A DNA stretch of 64,000 nucleotides, taken from positions 69,876,001 to 69,940,000 of the forward strand of contig NC_045697.1 of NCBI RefSeq assembly GCF_009834535.1, given 5' to 3'. The position numbers were made by a program, and so were the translations under genes. Positions 35,101-48,534 of this stretch are shown here, piece after piece. The DNA comes from Camelus ferus. Its lineage: Eukaryota. A model generated the notes under the pieces. The model saw nothing but the letters and a program-made list of their open reading frames with translations, had not been told where the DNA came from and made no database searches. Within the stretch, counting starts at the first letter, position 1. Every line of letters starts with the position of its first letter.

Positions 35101-37344
35101 AAAGAACTTGAAGCATAGTCCCTATCTTTCAACACTTCACGTATACTATGGGTTGAACTCAAACGGAAGGCGTAAGTCACATCTCTTTAGCTTGTGGGGT
35201 GACCGGCAATGTCATAAGAGTGGTGGAAAGATAGGAACCTGAGGCTGAATGCGTGGGGTAACAGGGATTTTCACTTTCCTTGGTGAAGAGAATCCCACTC
35301 TATGAAGGAATGAGAAACAAAAAGATGGACAAATAGATATGCATGAGGAAGGTAAACACTACAAACCAGTTTAAGAGGATTCAATTAGCTAATTATCACA
35401 GAGGAATAGGGAAAAAAAGTTAGATATAAAGAGGGGTGAGAAACAAGGAAGAAAATGCTGATGGAAGGAACTTTTGCAGGTGGGAGTTGGGGTCATGGGG
35501 GAGAGTATTCCTGGGAAAGCTGCCGTGTATTGTCTTCCTCTTCCTTTAAATACAAATCATTTCATATCAATTTGGTAATAACTAAAGCATGTTCTTTTCT
35601 GGACAAGTGCATATAGGAAGCTGACTATTGAGATAAATAAACATATAAAAATGTCCATAAGGAATTAGCATTTTCCACCTTCATGAACCTGGACAATATT
35701 GTTAATGTTTTGAGGCAGATACCAGCCATTCTGGCCAGCTCTTTGTGCCTGGTAGGAGACGGTCAACTTTTCCAAATTACTGGCCTTCAGGCATGTGGTT
35801 CCTTAAACTGGGAATTTTGCCCCTCTCTTCATGGGGCCTGTTCCAGCTCATTCTTCAGACGTGAGCTTAAATCAAATTTCCAAGACACCTTATAGAAAGT
35901 TGAAAAATTCCTTCCTTTTTTTTTTCCTCTAACGCAGTACTTTGGTTGTTGCCCTATTTAACACATCCCAAATTTAAGTGATACATTTGTATGTTTATTT
36001 ACTTTCTTATTCATTGAGTCTCTTGCTACACCATATGCTATAGGAGGGCAGAGGCCATGTCTGTTTTACTCACCACTGTGAGTGAGGTGTTTACCTAACT
36101 CAGTGCTTCATATGTGGTTGAAGTGAAAAAAATTGCCCAACAAATTAATACCTTTCACACATGATTTAACTGACTAAAATTTAGGTCATTCTTCAAACAG
36201 GAAACTGGATATTTCGTTTAACATTCTTCTAGCTATTTCTTGCTCATTTATCCTCTGATTTAATGTACAAGAACTCAGTTTGACATTGTTTCATGGCTTC
36301 ATTGACTAGAAATGAAAGATACACAAGAACTATCAATTTCCTGATCTCTCCTGAGGACCAGCATTTTCTGATGATATGAAGAACTGTTCATAGGCAGATT
36401 TCCCTGGAAAGATAGCAGAAAGTCTTTCTATTCACTATTTGGCTGTGACAAGCTCAGGAGTGAGAAATGATTCCATGGAGGTTCATAATAAATATAAAAA
36501 TATAAAATTGTGACATACATATGTAACATTTCATAAAATATAACTTATAAGAAGTTCTAGGCACAAAGTGTAGTTCATTTCAAAAACTGATCTGAGAATA
36601 TAAATGTTTATTCCTTTTTCGATTTATTTCTTTTGATGTAACTATATTTGTATATAACTTTAGATATCCTTATGTAATAAGTTGTTCAAATTTTGAGATG
36701 ACACATAAACATTAATCCATTTTACATATGTTTCTGGTTACAAATGCTTTTGGGGGATCAGTTTTTCCTTCATTAATTAGGTCCTAGGGTCCTCACCTGC
36801 TAATGGGTGAGGGAAATGTCTCCGAATGATTTTTAGGTGGAGACTGTGTGTGTGTGTGTGTGTATACATATAGATACTAATAAACTATGACTGTTTATAA
36901 GTGCTTATGAGAATTGTCATTGCTAAATAGCTAATGAAGCTACTTCATATACTTTTTAGGTATTTCAGCAGTTTTTTGGTTTTATTTTGTTGTTTTTTAA
37001 TGGTAGATTAAGTCTAGATCCACAAACTGGTAAAGGAAAGAGAACTTTTACTCCTTGAATTCAAGCTACTATATTGGGAAATATTCATTGTGTGAAAATG
37101 GCTCATAATTACCTGGATCTTTTGCAATTCTACCCAGGCAATACTGTCTAAGCTATATTATGACCTTATATTGAAACCTTCAATTTCTGCTATGCCCACC
37201 TTACTTATTTTTCTTATAAAGTATTTCCCATATTTTTTCAGGTGCTTTAATACTTTACCCATAGTCAATAAAAGCTTAATAACAAATAAAATTGCCCTCT
37301 TCAAACAAAACATATCACCATAAAACATTTTAGAAAATAATTAA

Positions 37345-38416
37345 ATTTTATTTATTAAGAATTTTAAGTATATTATATATGGACATACAGATAGAGATGC
37401 CAGTGCAGTTGTATCAAACTGAAAACCTATTTTGTTGTTGTTGTTGTTAAATGGAGTCATTGCTAAGTAAACAGGGACTTAGGGACTTACAATTCTACTT
37501 TATTGAACTGAATGTTAGGATACATTTTACAGTGTGATTCTAGCTGTACTTATATTTATTTTTATTATTTTATTTAGTAGTACTGTAAAGAGACATATTT
37601 CTGAAATATTAATGCATGCTGGCAAGTAGCCTCATGTCCCATTATAATGTGTTTTCCAGTTTCATCTAGTTATATAATGATGATTCTTAAAGTTAATCAT
37701 TTAAAAATGGGCTCTTCCCTTACATTTCACTAGTTCTTTTCTAAACTAATTAACTTGTACCATGCAATAGACTGATTTCAAAATCTTAAACTGATTTTAT
37801 AACAAGTGCTTTAAAAAAATTTACATTTGAATCCAAAAAAGAATGGTTACAGGGGGAGCACATGCCTAGCATGCAGGAGGCCCTGGGTTCAACCCCCAGG
37901 ACCTCCATCAAAATCAAATAAATAAATAAACCTAATTACCTCCCCTAAAAAAGTAAAAAAAAAAAAAAAAAAAGGTTACAATGTGTTAAAGACCATCTAT
38001 AAAATTAATATTACTGTAGGAAATACATATCCCATGTCTTTATATGCTAAATCTGCTCTAAGTGGTGGCAGCTGAGTAAACCTTTTTTAAAAAAATCTCT
38101 ATTTCAACATAAAAATCCAAGTGTGTGTGTATGTGTGTGTGTGTGTGTGTGTATAGCTTTAGAACTAATGTATAATTATAGCTTTAGAACTTTAAAATGA
38201 AAAATTTTAATGTTGTTTACCGAAGTCCCCTGCTAATTCCCAGGTACTCATAAGCCTCTAAATATTTCTTTCATAAGGATTAGGTATCTTCATCAGATCT
38301 TGTATTTATGAAACAGATCCACGGTCACAGCAGAGGAAGCTCTAGGTCCCCACCGTCACACAACATAGATCTTCTGTCACTTAGAGTCTGTCCATTAGAA
38401 CTGTCCAGTTTGAATG
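37345..38416 (-). pseudogene. ADH7: ADH7 exon 9 remnant plus former 3'UTR (3' end approximate)
   Basis: tttcag|C ATT CAA AC.. (SIRT-like). Downstream aaatacaag and gagtacctgggaattag resemble the human ADH7 3'UTR as recalled. AATAAA on the minus strand near 37348-37356. Confidence 0.7.
37852..37973 (+). mobile_element. tRNA-derived SINE (Vic-1-like) inserted in the ADH7 3'UTR
   Basis: GAGCACATGCCTAGCATGCAGGAGGCCCTGGGTTCAACCCCCAG...AATAAATAAACCTAATTACCTCCCC, a poly-A tail, and flanking direct repeat ggttaca. Confidence 0.85.
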
Positions 38417-40035
38417 CTGAAATGTAAAATGATAGTTTTGAGTGATTTGTTTCCTTACTTTCCAAACAGGAACATTTTATGTAATTGTCCTTCCTGCCTG
38501 TTTTAGGCAACTTCAGGTAAATTCTGTTGTTGGAAATCTTTCTGGGCCTGAGGTCCCCACCAATTCATTTTGTTTCTGGTGGGTCTCTGGTATGGGTATC
38601 CGAACTGATTCTTGAAGCATCAGTATGATTGCAACAGGCTGACGAGAGGAAAGAGGTTTCTTGGCTGAAGGGAGAGCATGAATAAGGCTATGAAGGTGAG
38701 AACAGGAAGGGCAGTCCAGTGCGCTTAGACTTCTGGGTGCCCAGGAGAAAAGTGGAGGAGACCTACTCCCGCATTTTATTCCCAGAGCCCAGCACAGAGG
38801 CTGTGCTAGAGTGTGTGCCAAATTCTTAGTTGTTGAATGACTGGGTATATTATATTAATAAATGAAAGTAGGTTTTGTTCCTAAAGTAAAGGCTTTCAAA
38901 ACCATGCTAAGGTGTTGATATTTGGAGGCAACTTGAGGTTTAGCAGCTTAGTGAAGGTCTGGCTACTACGGTGAAATACAGAAGACAGGACACCTGTTAT
39001 CACGCTACTGTGTTAACATGTCCAGGTGAGAGATGACTGGGCCACACTAAGGTGACAATCACAGGCAATGAGAGGGAGGATGGTGGAGGAGAAACTGGAC
39101 CTCGCTTGTCTGGCTTCGCATCAGTTTGCATGCGGTAGGCAAGAGTGAAGAAAAAGTCAAATGTGATGCTATGGCTTCTGACCTGTAAAAGCAGAAAAAG
39201 CGGCATCATTCGCTGAGGTGAGATGTACTGGGGGAAGAGTTAGTTTGGGTGAAGTTGACGCAAGCGGGACGCTCAAGTGGAGCTGTGTGGAAGCTGATGG
39301 AGATTGAAGAGCTTAGGCTTATAGATGTCAATTTAGAAGTCACTGCATTAAGGTGATATTTGAAGCAAAATTCCTGAGAGTGGAATTTATGTTTCTTTGG
39401 ACAACAGCTATAACTATTTTTCAAACTGACCATATTAAGCTATTGGTTTTGCTTAATTGAGTAAAGGTGTATGGGTAGTTCAGACAGTTAAACCCATTGT
39501 CTTCAAATTAAAAAGAGTTTGAATGTATGTTCACAATGCAGTGATCACTTAGTTAGACCAGTTGGAGAAACCAGACACAACATTGAAAAAGTGCTTAAGG
39601 GGAAATGACTGAGAATGTGGATCTCAGATTAATGTCCAGTTCCTTTTGCAAATGAAACCTAAATCCTTGCACTATAGTGGATACCCAATAAGTTTTTATA
39701 GACTCAATGAGTGAAATTCCATTTTATCTTATAGACAAACTCTCTGGATTGCTGTTCCAGGCATCCATGAGGGAGACACCATTGCTGAAATTTGTGCAAA
39801 TTCTTTGTTCTCCACCTCTGCACTTGCCCAACACTCAGAAGCAACAAGAGTAGTGACAAAAATGCCCATGTTACTGGGAGCTTCCAGCTCTGTCAGAAGA
39901 GTTTGGGGAGCACAAGCTTTGCATTGAGTTTGCATCCTGGTGCTGACCCTACAAGGGCTGGCAAGTTATTTATTTGCCTCTCACAACCTTAGGTTCTTCA
40001 ATTGAAAATGGTAATAATAACAGTAGTAATTGTTC

Positions 40036-41275
40036 TATTGGCATAAAAACAGATTCACAGTTCAATGGGACAGAACAGAGAGCCCAGGAGTAGACTGATA
40101 CATATATGGTCAATTAATTTATGATGAAGAAGCCAAGAACATACAATGGGGAAAGGACAGTCTCTTCAATAAATTGTGTTGGGAAAACTCGCCCCACTAT
40201 CTTATACCATACACAAAAATTAACTCAAAATGGATTAAAGGTTTATACCTAAGATCTGAAACAATGAAACTTCTAGAAGAATATATAGGTGGTAAGCTTC
40301 TTGAAATAAGTGTTGGAGATGTTTTTAAAAATCTGACACCAAAGGTAAAAGCATTAAAAGAAGAAATAAACAGAGACTACATCCAAATAAAAAGCTTCTA
40401 CACCCCAAAGGAAGTAATCAACAAAATAAAAAGGCAACCTACTAAATGGGAGAAAATATTTGCAAATCATAATCAATCCAGTAAGGGGTTAATACCCAAA
40501 ATATATAAAGAACATAAAACTCAATAGCAAACAAAACAAAACAAAACAAAAAAACAACCCCCAAACCAGCCTGACTGAAAAAATGGTCAGAGGATCTGAA
40601 CAGATATTTTTCCAAAGAAAATATTCAAATGGCCAGAGACACATGAAAAGGTACTCAACATCATTAATCATCAGGGAAATGCAAATCAAAACCTTACACA
40701 TGCTAGATTGGCTATCATCAAAAAGATAAGAAATAACAAGTGTTGGCAAAGATGTGGGGAAAAGGGAACCCCCAAGCAGGTGGGAACAGGTTGGAATGTA
40801 AATTGGTACAGTCACTATGGAAAACAGTATGGAGGCTTCTCAAAAAACTAAAAATAGAACTACCATAGGACCCAGCAATTCCATTTCTGAGTATTTATTT
40901 GAACAAAACAAAAATGCTAACTTGAAAAGATACAGGCACATCTATGTTCATTACAGCACTATTTACAATAGCCAAGAAATGGAAATAACCTCAGTGTTCG
41001 TGGAAGGATGGATGGATAACTCAGTCATAAAATATTATTCAGCCATAAAGAAGAATGCAGTCTTGCCATTTGCAACAACATGAATGGACCTCAAGGGCAT
41101 TATGCTAAGTGAAATAAGTCAGACAGAGAAAGACAGATACTCTATGATCTCACTTTTACGTGGAATCTGAAGCAACAACAAAAACCTCATAGATACAGAG
41201 AATAGACTGGTGGTTGCTAGAAGCAAGGCTACAGGGTGGGAGAAACTAGTAAAGGGGGTGAAAAAGTAAAAACAA
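40036..41275 (+). mobile_element. 5'-truncated L1 (ORF2 end and 3'UTR) in ADH7 intron 8
   Basis: ORF 40174..40527 [30 protein letters not shown] is L1 ORF2; gcattatgctaagtgaaataagtcagac is 3'UTR. Confidence 0.9.
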
Positions 41276-41614
41276 GCAAACAAAGTCTGACCTTCAGCTA
41301 TCAGAAGAAAACATTTAAAAAAGCACTTTGTAAACTGTAAAGTAAGGAAATACTGTGGCATTACTTGAAGTGAGCAGCTTTGCGATAAAATAAAAATAGC
41401 CTGCGATGAAATCCATCTTGTATTAAAAGAAATTTCAGAGTTTTTAAAAATATAGGACAATGACATAAGAAGTCCATGGAAAAGAAGTAGCCCGCTACAT
41501 CAATCTTGCTACGTTAAATAGTCAGAAAAATATATAAAGGAAACATGCACTTATAAATATTACATTTTAAAAGTAGCTTATGGGGAGGAGACAGGGTCAC
41601 CATAAAAAAGATAA

Positions 41615-41752
41615 CTTTGCCCTGAATACAACAGTTCAAATCCTTCATTGATTTTTTTCAATAGATAAAACATGGGTTATCATTGGTCCAGGTCAAATTT
41701 CTTTGCCAGGAAATCAGTCACTAGTTTGGAACATCATCTCTGCTTTTCCAAC
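41615..41752 (-). pseudogene. ADH7: ADH7 exon 8 remnant with three 1-nt indels and a lost donor
   Basis: cag|GT TGG AAA AGC AGA GAT GAT GTT CCA AA- CTA GTG ACT GAT TTC CTG GCA AAG AAA TTT GAC CTG GAC ... TCA GGG CAA AG|tt. Confidence 0.88.
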
Positions 41753-42319
41753 CTGTAAACAAGTACACATGTTCTCTTTAGACTTTACTAAGTGTTCTTT
41801 ATATTGTATAAAAATATACAGTTTTCTCTCCTGCATTATTACCTTTTCCCCATGAGACTATTGTCAACAACACATTAAATGACTGTATTTCTCTCATTGT
41901 AAGAAATGAAGGCAAAAACCTGCTCTTGCCTCCACATCTTCTAGCTGTCCCATTTCTGCTCTTTTTATAGAAAAACTTCTTTACAGAAGGATCATCTCCA
42001 GTTCACTGTTTCCAGTTCACTGTTTCCAGTTCTACTGTCTTTTCTCCCATTATCTCTTGAGCCCTCTCAGCATTTGGCTGTTACAGCTTTTGTCAAGGTC
42101 CCCAGTGACACAGACAATGGTCAATGTGAGGCCAAAGCTTTGTACCTGGGACACAAAAATGAGAGGCTGGTTGGTACAGATGAAATTCTTTACAGAGAGG
42201 TCCTTCAAGGAAATAAGATTTGACTTGAGAAATAAACACTAAGAGATTTAAGTTGAGCTCTCACTTTGACTATTTGTGTGATGTGAGGAGATTATAGATT
42301 ATTCAGGAGTTAGAAGTAA

Positions 42320-43620
42320 ATTCAGTTATTCACTAACCATCCTTTGCGTATATGCTAAGTATCAGGCACCATTTCAGGGGCTGGGAATATGGCAGAGAAA
42401 AACATGCCAAGTCCCTGCTCTCAGGAAGCATGAGAATCCTCTCATTTTAGTGTAGAGAGACTGACAATAAACAAACAATGCAGAGCACATCATCCAATGA
42501 CAAGGACAGAGGGAAAAATAGAGTAGGGGCAATAGGTTGTGCCAGAGGACAGGCTGGGTTGGGGGGATGCTATTTTATAAAGCTTAGGGAAGGCCAGTCT
42601 GATAAAGTGACATCAGAGCCAAAACAAAGGAAATGAACTGTCCAGGAATCTTGGGAAAGAGCACTTCAGGGAGAGGGCAGAGTAATTATAAAGGTGTTGA
42701 AGTTGAGTGTTGACCAGCGAGAGCAGTGAGGAGGCCAGTGTGGCGGAGCAGAGTGAGAACGGAGTAGGAGCAGCTGGGGTCAGAGGGCCAGGTCATGTGG
42801 GGCCTTTTGGTGGTTGCAAGTTTTGAGATTTTATTCTGAGTGAGAAAGGAAGACAGAGGGATTTAAGAGAAGTGTGACCTGATCTGACTTCCATTTAACA
42901 GTCTCACTCTGGCTGCTCTGTGGGGAATATTCCATATGGGGGCAAAGTGGAAAAGCAGGGAGACCATTTAAGACATCACTGTAAGACAGGAAGGAGAGGA
43001 TGGTGGCTTGGACAAGTGATGGTGCTGGTGAGAAATTGTCAGATCTTGGGTATATTTTGAAAAGTTGCTTTAACAGGACCTTAACAGGATTTGCTGAAAT
43101 ACTCATTGCCTGACAGAAAGAATGTAACCCGAGGTCTGGAGCCTGATCAACAGGAATGATGGAGTGATGGGGGGACTGTGGGAGGAGCAGGTTGGGGGCC
43201 GGGTGGGAGATGGTGGGGTCAAGAGTGGTTTAGGCAGGCTTAGTTTACATGTCTATCAAAAATCCAAGAGGAGAAGTCAGGCAATTGGATATATGAGTCT
43301 GTAGCTCAGGTGTAAGTCTAGGCTGGAGATATAAACTCAAATGTTGTAAGTAGAATGTATTAAAAGCCTCGAGGCCAGGGGAGATCACCTTGGAAGTAAA
43401 TGTAAATAAAGAGAAGAGATCTGAGCCTAAAAATGTTTGGAGGGGCAGGGAGGAGAAAAATTAAGGATTCAGTTTTATACCTATTCAGTTTGAGATACCT
43501 TTGAGACCTTCAAATGGAGATGTCAGGTAAGGAGTTGGATAAAAGAATTTGGAGTCCAGAGAGAGACTGAGATACAAATTTGGAATCAACTAACATGTAG
43601 ATTATTTTCAAGACTTTGGA
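42320..43620 (-). mobile_element. L2 LINE fragments
   Basis: aagtccctgctctcagg, gaggaggccagtgtggc, gggagaccattta, ggatatatgagtctg. Confidence 0.75.
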
Positions 43621-43830
43621 ATTGGATGGGACCACCACAGTGTGGGGATTGCCTGGATTGCTTGTGGGAATAATTTTACTGTGTATGAATTGCGTGCTAC
43701 TCTGCTTACTTCTTCAACTCATTAGGAGTAACATAAACTGAGTCCAAATAATCGCCCTTCAAAATGCATTCATGTTTTCATACTCTTCATGCTGTTTCAT
43801 ACTATAGTTTTCATACTATTTCATACCAGC

Positions 43831-44246
43831 TATTAGAGGCTGATTTGTGTCCCCACCCCACCCCCTCCAGATTCATATGTTGAAGTCTTAGCCCCCAGTA
43901 CGTCACAGTGTGATCTTATTTGGAGATAGGGTCTTTGCAGAGGTAATAAGTTAAAATAAGGCCATTAGGTGGACCCTAATCCAATATAATTAGTGTCCTT
44001 ATAGAAAGGGGAAATTTGGACAAAAAGACTGACACAGAGGGAGGGTGATATGAAGAAACAGAGGGAGAAGACAGCCAAAGAGAGAGGCCTAGAAGAGATC
44101 CTTTACTCCCCACCCTCAGAAGGAACGAACCCTGCCGACACCTTGATTCGGGGCTTCTAGTTTCCAGAGTGTGAGAAATAAATTCCTGTGGTTTAAACCA
44201 CAAGATCTGTGGTATGCTGCTACAACAGCTGCAGCAAACTAACACA
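43831..44246 (+). mobile_element. MaLR solo LTR (MLT1A0-like) with perfect 5-bp TSD CCAGC
   Basis: attcatatgttgaag..tatttggagatagggtcttt..ccctgccgacaccttgat..gcaaactaacaca; ccagc on both sides. Confidence 0.88.
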
Positions 44247-44558
44247 CCAGCAGGGATATTTATTTTGTGAAAGAAAAAAATATTAATTTTAGATATGAAT
44301 CCCAGTTTTAGAAACTGAACCTGAGGGAAATACGGAGGAAAGCAAAATTAAACCTAGACATTTCACTTCTAGTTATTTAGAAATAAAATTTCTAATCTGA
44401 AGTTTTCATTTTTCTTCCAGTTGACTTGTCATTGTATAGAAACAGCCTGCATATGAGATATGTTTTAAGAGTTTTTTCCCCCCAAATCTTCAGTTTTCAA
44501 AAAAAAAAAGCATTTAAAAAATTTTAAAAAGAAGGAACCAGCCCACACCGCTTCTTAC

Positions 44559-44771
44559 CTTACCTTAACAGCAGCCCCATATCTAGTGGAAAATCCACAT
44601 CCAGTTAAACAGGCTTTCTCAGGAGGAGCTGCATCATCAGCCTTAGCAACAGACGTTTTGCCGACCACTGTCCACGCAGTAAACACACTGGTGTGCACAA
44701 CGGGGTAGACCAGTTTGCCATTGCATGTAACCCTGGTGGTGCCATCACCCAGGACGCCACAACTAGTAACG
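44559..44771 (-). pseudogene. ADH7: ADH7 exon 5 (VTSCGVLGDGTTRVTCNGKLVYPVVHTSVFTAWTVVGKTSVAKADDAAPPEKACLTGCGFSTRYGAAVK..) with a 4-nt deletion at the 3' end
   Basis: 213 nt versus an expected 217; tag acceptor and gtaag donor. Confidence 0.88.
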
Positions 44772-44862
44772 CTATTTGATACGTCAAATACATGTTATTT
44801 CAGTTCAAAAATTAGCACAGAAACAACTTAAATGGCACTAGACAAAAGTGACTGAAACCTAC

Positions 44863-44950
44863 TGGCACCTTATACAAAGGTTGCCGTCTGGGTGGCGATA
44901 AACATGGCATTCTCTATACTGAGGCAGAAAGAGGGGGATGACTTTGCCAT
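44863..44950 (-). pseudogene. ADH7: ADH7 exon 4 (DGKVIPLFLPQYRECHVYRHPDGNLCIRC)
   Basis: 88 nt, tag|AT...CA|gtagg; two of four Zn cysteines are TAT (Tyr). Confidence 0.9.
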
Positions 44951-45058
44951 CTAGAGCGAAAACATCGTGATAAAAGGTGTTGGTCATTAACATTAAAGTA
45001 TGAAACAAGTTAATGTGCATTTAGCCCACGCCATGTGCAAGAATTTCTTAAGAATACA

Positions 45059-45356
45059 CAGGCATACCTTGGAGACATTATGGGTTTGGTTTCGGACCAC
45101 TGCAAAAAAGTGAGCCATACATTTTTTTGATTTCTCAATGCATATAAAAGTTATGTTTATGCTATAGTATAGTCTAATAAATGTGCAGTACTGTTGTATC
45201 TAAAAAACAATGTACATACCTTAATTTTAAAATAACGCTATTGGAGAAACGGCGCCTGATAGACTCACTTGACTCGGGATTGCCGCAAACCTTCAATATG
45301 TAAAAAATGCAGTATCTGTGAAGCACAATAAAGTGCAATAAAACAAGGTATGCCTG
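45059..45356. mobile_element. Tigger2/MER28-like MITE in ADH7 intron 3
   Basis: TIRs CAGGCATACCTTG / CAAGGTATGCCTG followed by TA. Confidence 0.85.
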
Positions 45357-45502
45357 TATTCTAAAGCTTATAAGCACCATCAAGTTTGCTCGCTAAAGGT
45401 TGAGATTTTGCCAAATTAAACTTCACTATATGATCCATTCTCCTTTTATTCTCGTATCCTCCTTGCATAATTCCTAGTTGTACTATTCCCTTTGATAGGC
45501 TA

Positions 45503-45691
<189 letters not shown>

Positions 45692-45919
45692 TCAGAGACA
45701 ACAATATTAAGCCCAGCAGCAAATTAGTCACTTTACAGTTGAGAGGATATTTAACTGTCTCTTGAAAAGATTATAATTGCTTATCCAGTATGATTGCCTA
45801 CTATAATAGTCTTGACTCTTAGGAGATACTGAGCTGACTATCAATCATCAGATCAGATGCCTCTCCTTAAAGAATTTACAGTATTGCTGCCTTTGGCCTT
45901 ACTTTGAATCTCAGTGCCT

Positions 45920-46141
45920 TTTTAAAAAAATATATTTTTATTGAAGTACAGTCAGTTTACAATGTTGTCAGTTTCTGGTGTACAGCACAGTGCTTCAGTC
46001 ACATAGGAACATGCATACATTCATTCTCATATTCTTCATCACCATAAGTTACTACAAGTTGTTGAATATGGTTCCCTGTGCTATACAGTATAAACTTGTT
46101 GTTTATCTATTCTGTATATATATTTGTTAGTATCTGCAAAT
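45920..46141 (-). mobile_element. L1 3' terminal fragment (lineage-specific family)
   Basis: ttttattgaagtacagtcagtttacaatgttg..ttccctgtgctatacag..tagtatctgcaaa. Confidence 0.8.
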
Positions 46142-46763
46142 TTTTGAAGCAAATTGATGCTCTTGTGTGGGAACTAGAATGTAGATGTAACCATGTGACC
46201 AGCATTTGAGTAGATTGCTCAATCTACTCAAGGAGTACAGCAAGGTACTCCTAGGACTCTCTTAATGAAAGGTAAAATGATTGCAAGAAGATAAGTAAGC
46301 AAAGGGTACTGTTACCACAGTGCTCAGGTGAGGAGAAGGTCAAAGAAAGATTGGCAGCAATGCCTACTCAACAACCCAGGGTCCAGCTTAATGGTTAAGC
46401 TCTGTCCAAAGGAGCGTGGGAAACACTCCAGGCACAAATGAGTCCCTCATTCTTTGTGAAAAATAATCTCAATGCTAACTGATACCCAGAAGATTTTTAA
46501 AGTAATCATTTGGCAGGATTATTAACCATTTTTATCAGACCTTGGGTCAATAAAGATTCAACAAATAAAAATTGTAATAGAGCAGATTAGCAGTGTTTTT
46601 TAATTGATAATTGTCATTAATTTTATATCCAATATGACCAGATCCTTAACAATAAACAAAAACCAGTATGAGAATTAATATCCAAAATTTGGGAAACATC
46701 TCCTTTTTTAAGAATCCAACCTCACAACAATGACATACTCAATACAGGTGTGATAATATTTCA

Positions 46764-46892
<129 letters not shown>

Positions 46893-48534
46893 TTAAGTTG
46901 GTGAAAGTGATAATAGGTCCCATTTATGTCTTTACAAATACAGACTCCAAATAATACGAATCTGGGCAGAAGAGCACATTGTAATCCCTAGAGATCATCT
47001 TAGGTACACACATGTTTGATACATGAGAAATGCAGCCCAGAGACACTAAATAATTGATCCATGGTCACATAGCACATGAGAAGCAGGGCTGGACTAGATC
47101 TGAGGTACACGATTTCCAGCCCTTTGCTTTTTCTGCCTGTGGTCATAAATATTTCACTAAACTAAGTCCTTCTGCTACAAAGTAACAAAATGTCACCTGT
47201 GTATCACTTACTCACAAGAGCAAATGTATAAAACAGAAAATGCTGCTGATTTATCTGCAAGAATCTAAGCCAGTATTTAATTGCTATAAATCATGTAGCA
47301 GTGGTGACAAAATTAGAAAATTTGCTTGGTTAGAAATGAAGGGAAACATGCATGTCATGAAGTATATAGACTGTGAGTTCCTGGATGACTCAGTCTGTGT
47401 CTTGGCGTCTCTGAATCCCTTTTTGCATCTAGCCCTGTTCTTGCATCTCGCGGGTCCAGATAGGCAAGGTAAAACCTCTCATCTTACAGGAGTGGAAATA
47501 AGGGGTGGAGAGCTCAGCAAGTAGCCTCCGGCTGTTCAGCTGGTTTTGGCATAATTATTCAGTTAAATAATTTTGCTGACATTATTGAAATCAGTGAGGA
47601 GTGAGGAGCAGGAGAGATACTTTCTTGCTTTTCCATCCCCAAATCTGTCTAGGAATCATACAACATATTTTAATTAATTTGTTCAGGTGAAAAATGATGA
47701 GTTATCGCTCATCTTACTTGTTTACTAATAACTAAGGATCTTCTTTAGATGGACGGCTACTTGGCTCTTTTGCAAAGAGATTAAATGTGAGAAAGGATAT
47801 GCTGGAAACAGATGGGTGGCCGAAAGCCATTACTGACGTTAACATTCATCCTCTGCGTCTCAAAGGCAAACATTATGGGTCACAGTGTAATGTGGCCCAA
47901 TCCTGAAGTTAGAAATCTCACACCAAAAATCCTGCTGGATTAATAGCTGAGATTTAGTTTTAAAGTCCCACTATTTTATCAATAAGTAAAGACATAAATA
48001 TCAAATCTATGGAGCATGGGGGAAATTTTACACTTAAGAATGATAGAAAAAAAGTTGTAAAGGAAACTTCTAAGAATGAACATGTTACGTGTTGAGAAAC
48101 AGTAAATAAATCTTCCAAATGTAAGTAATTTAAGCAAGTAGTCTGAGGGAAAAAGAACTTAAAGCAAAAGTGACAAGAGTTAACATTTTTCATGTATGCA
48201 ATGCTTAACCAAATTTGTAAGGGAAGTATTAAAACTCCACTCTTGCTACTTCTGCCCTCCCACATGTTACACCTAGAGACACGTGCAAAAAACAGGAAGA
48301 GGAAAAGGCAAATTGTTTGTTTTCCTCAGTTATAAAAAGTTTTCTTAAATAAAAATAATAAGACATAATTCTGTATTAAGTTGGTATGACTTTTTACTTA
48401 CAATACACAGTATTGTCAAAGGGATGGTGAAATGGGCAATGTCATTTGTGTCAACACCTTTGGAAAATAATTTGCGGTGTGCATCAGGATACTAGAATGG
48501 TTTCTTTTTTCTTGTAGATGGTCACTTTCTATTT

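Noticed and set aside
40174..41083. ORFs resembling reverse-transcriptase protein C-terminus
   Set aside because: Fragments of a 5'-truncated, frameshifted L1; not an active element or a host gene
44605..44793. 62-aa ORF over ADH7 exon 5
   Set aside because: Wrong reading frame; the ADH-homologous frame is a different one
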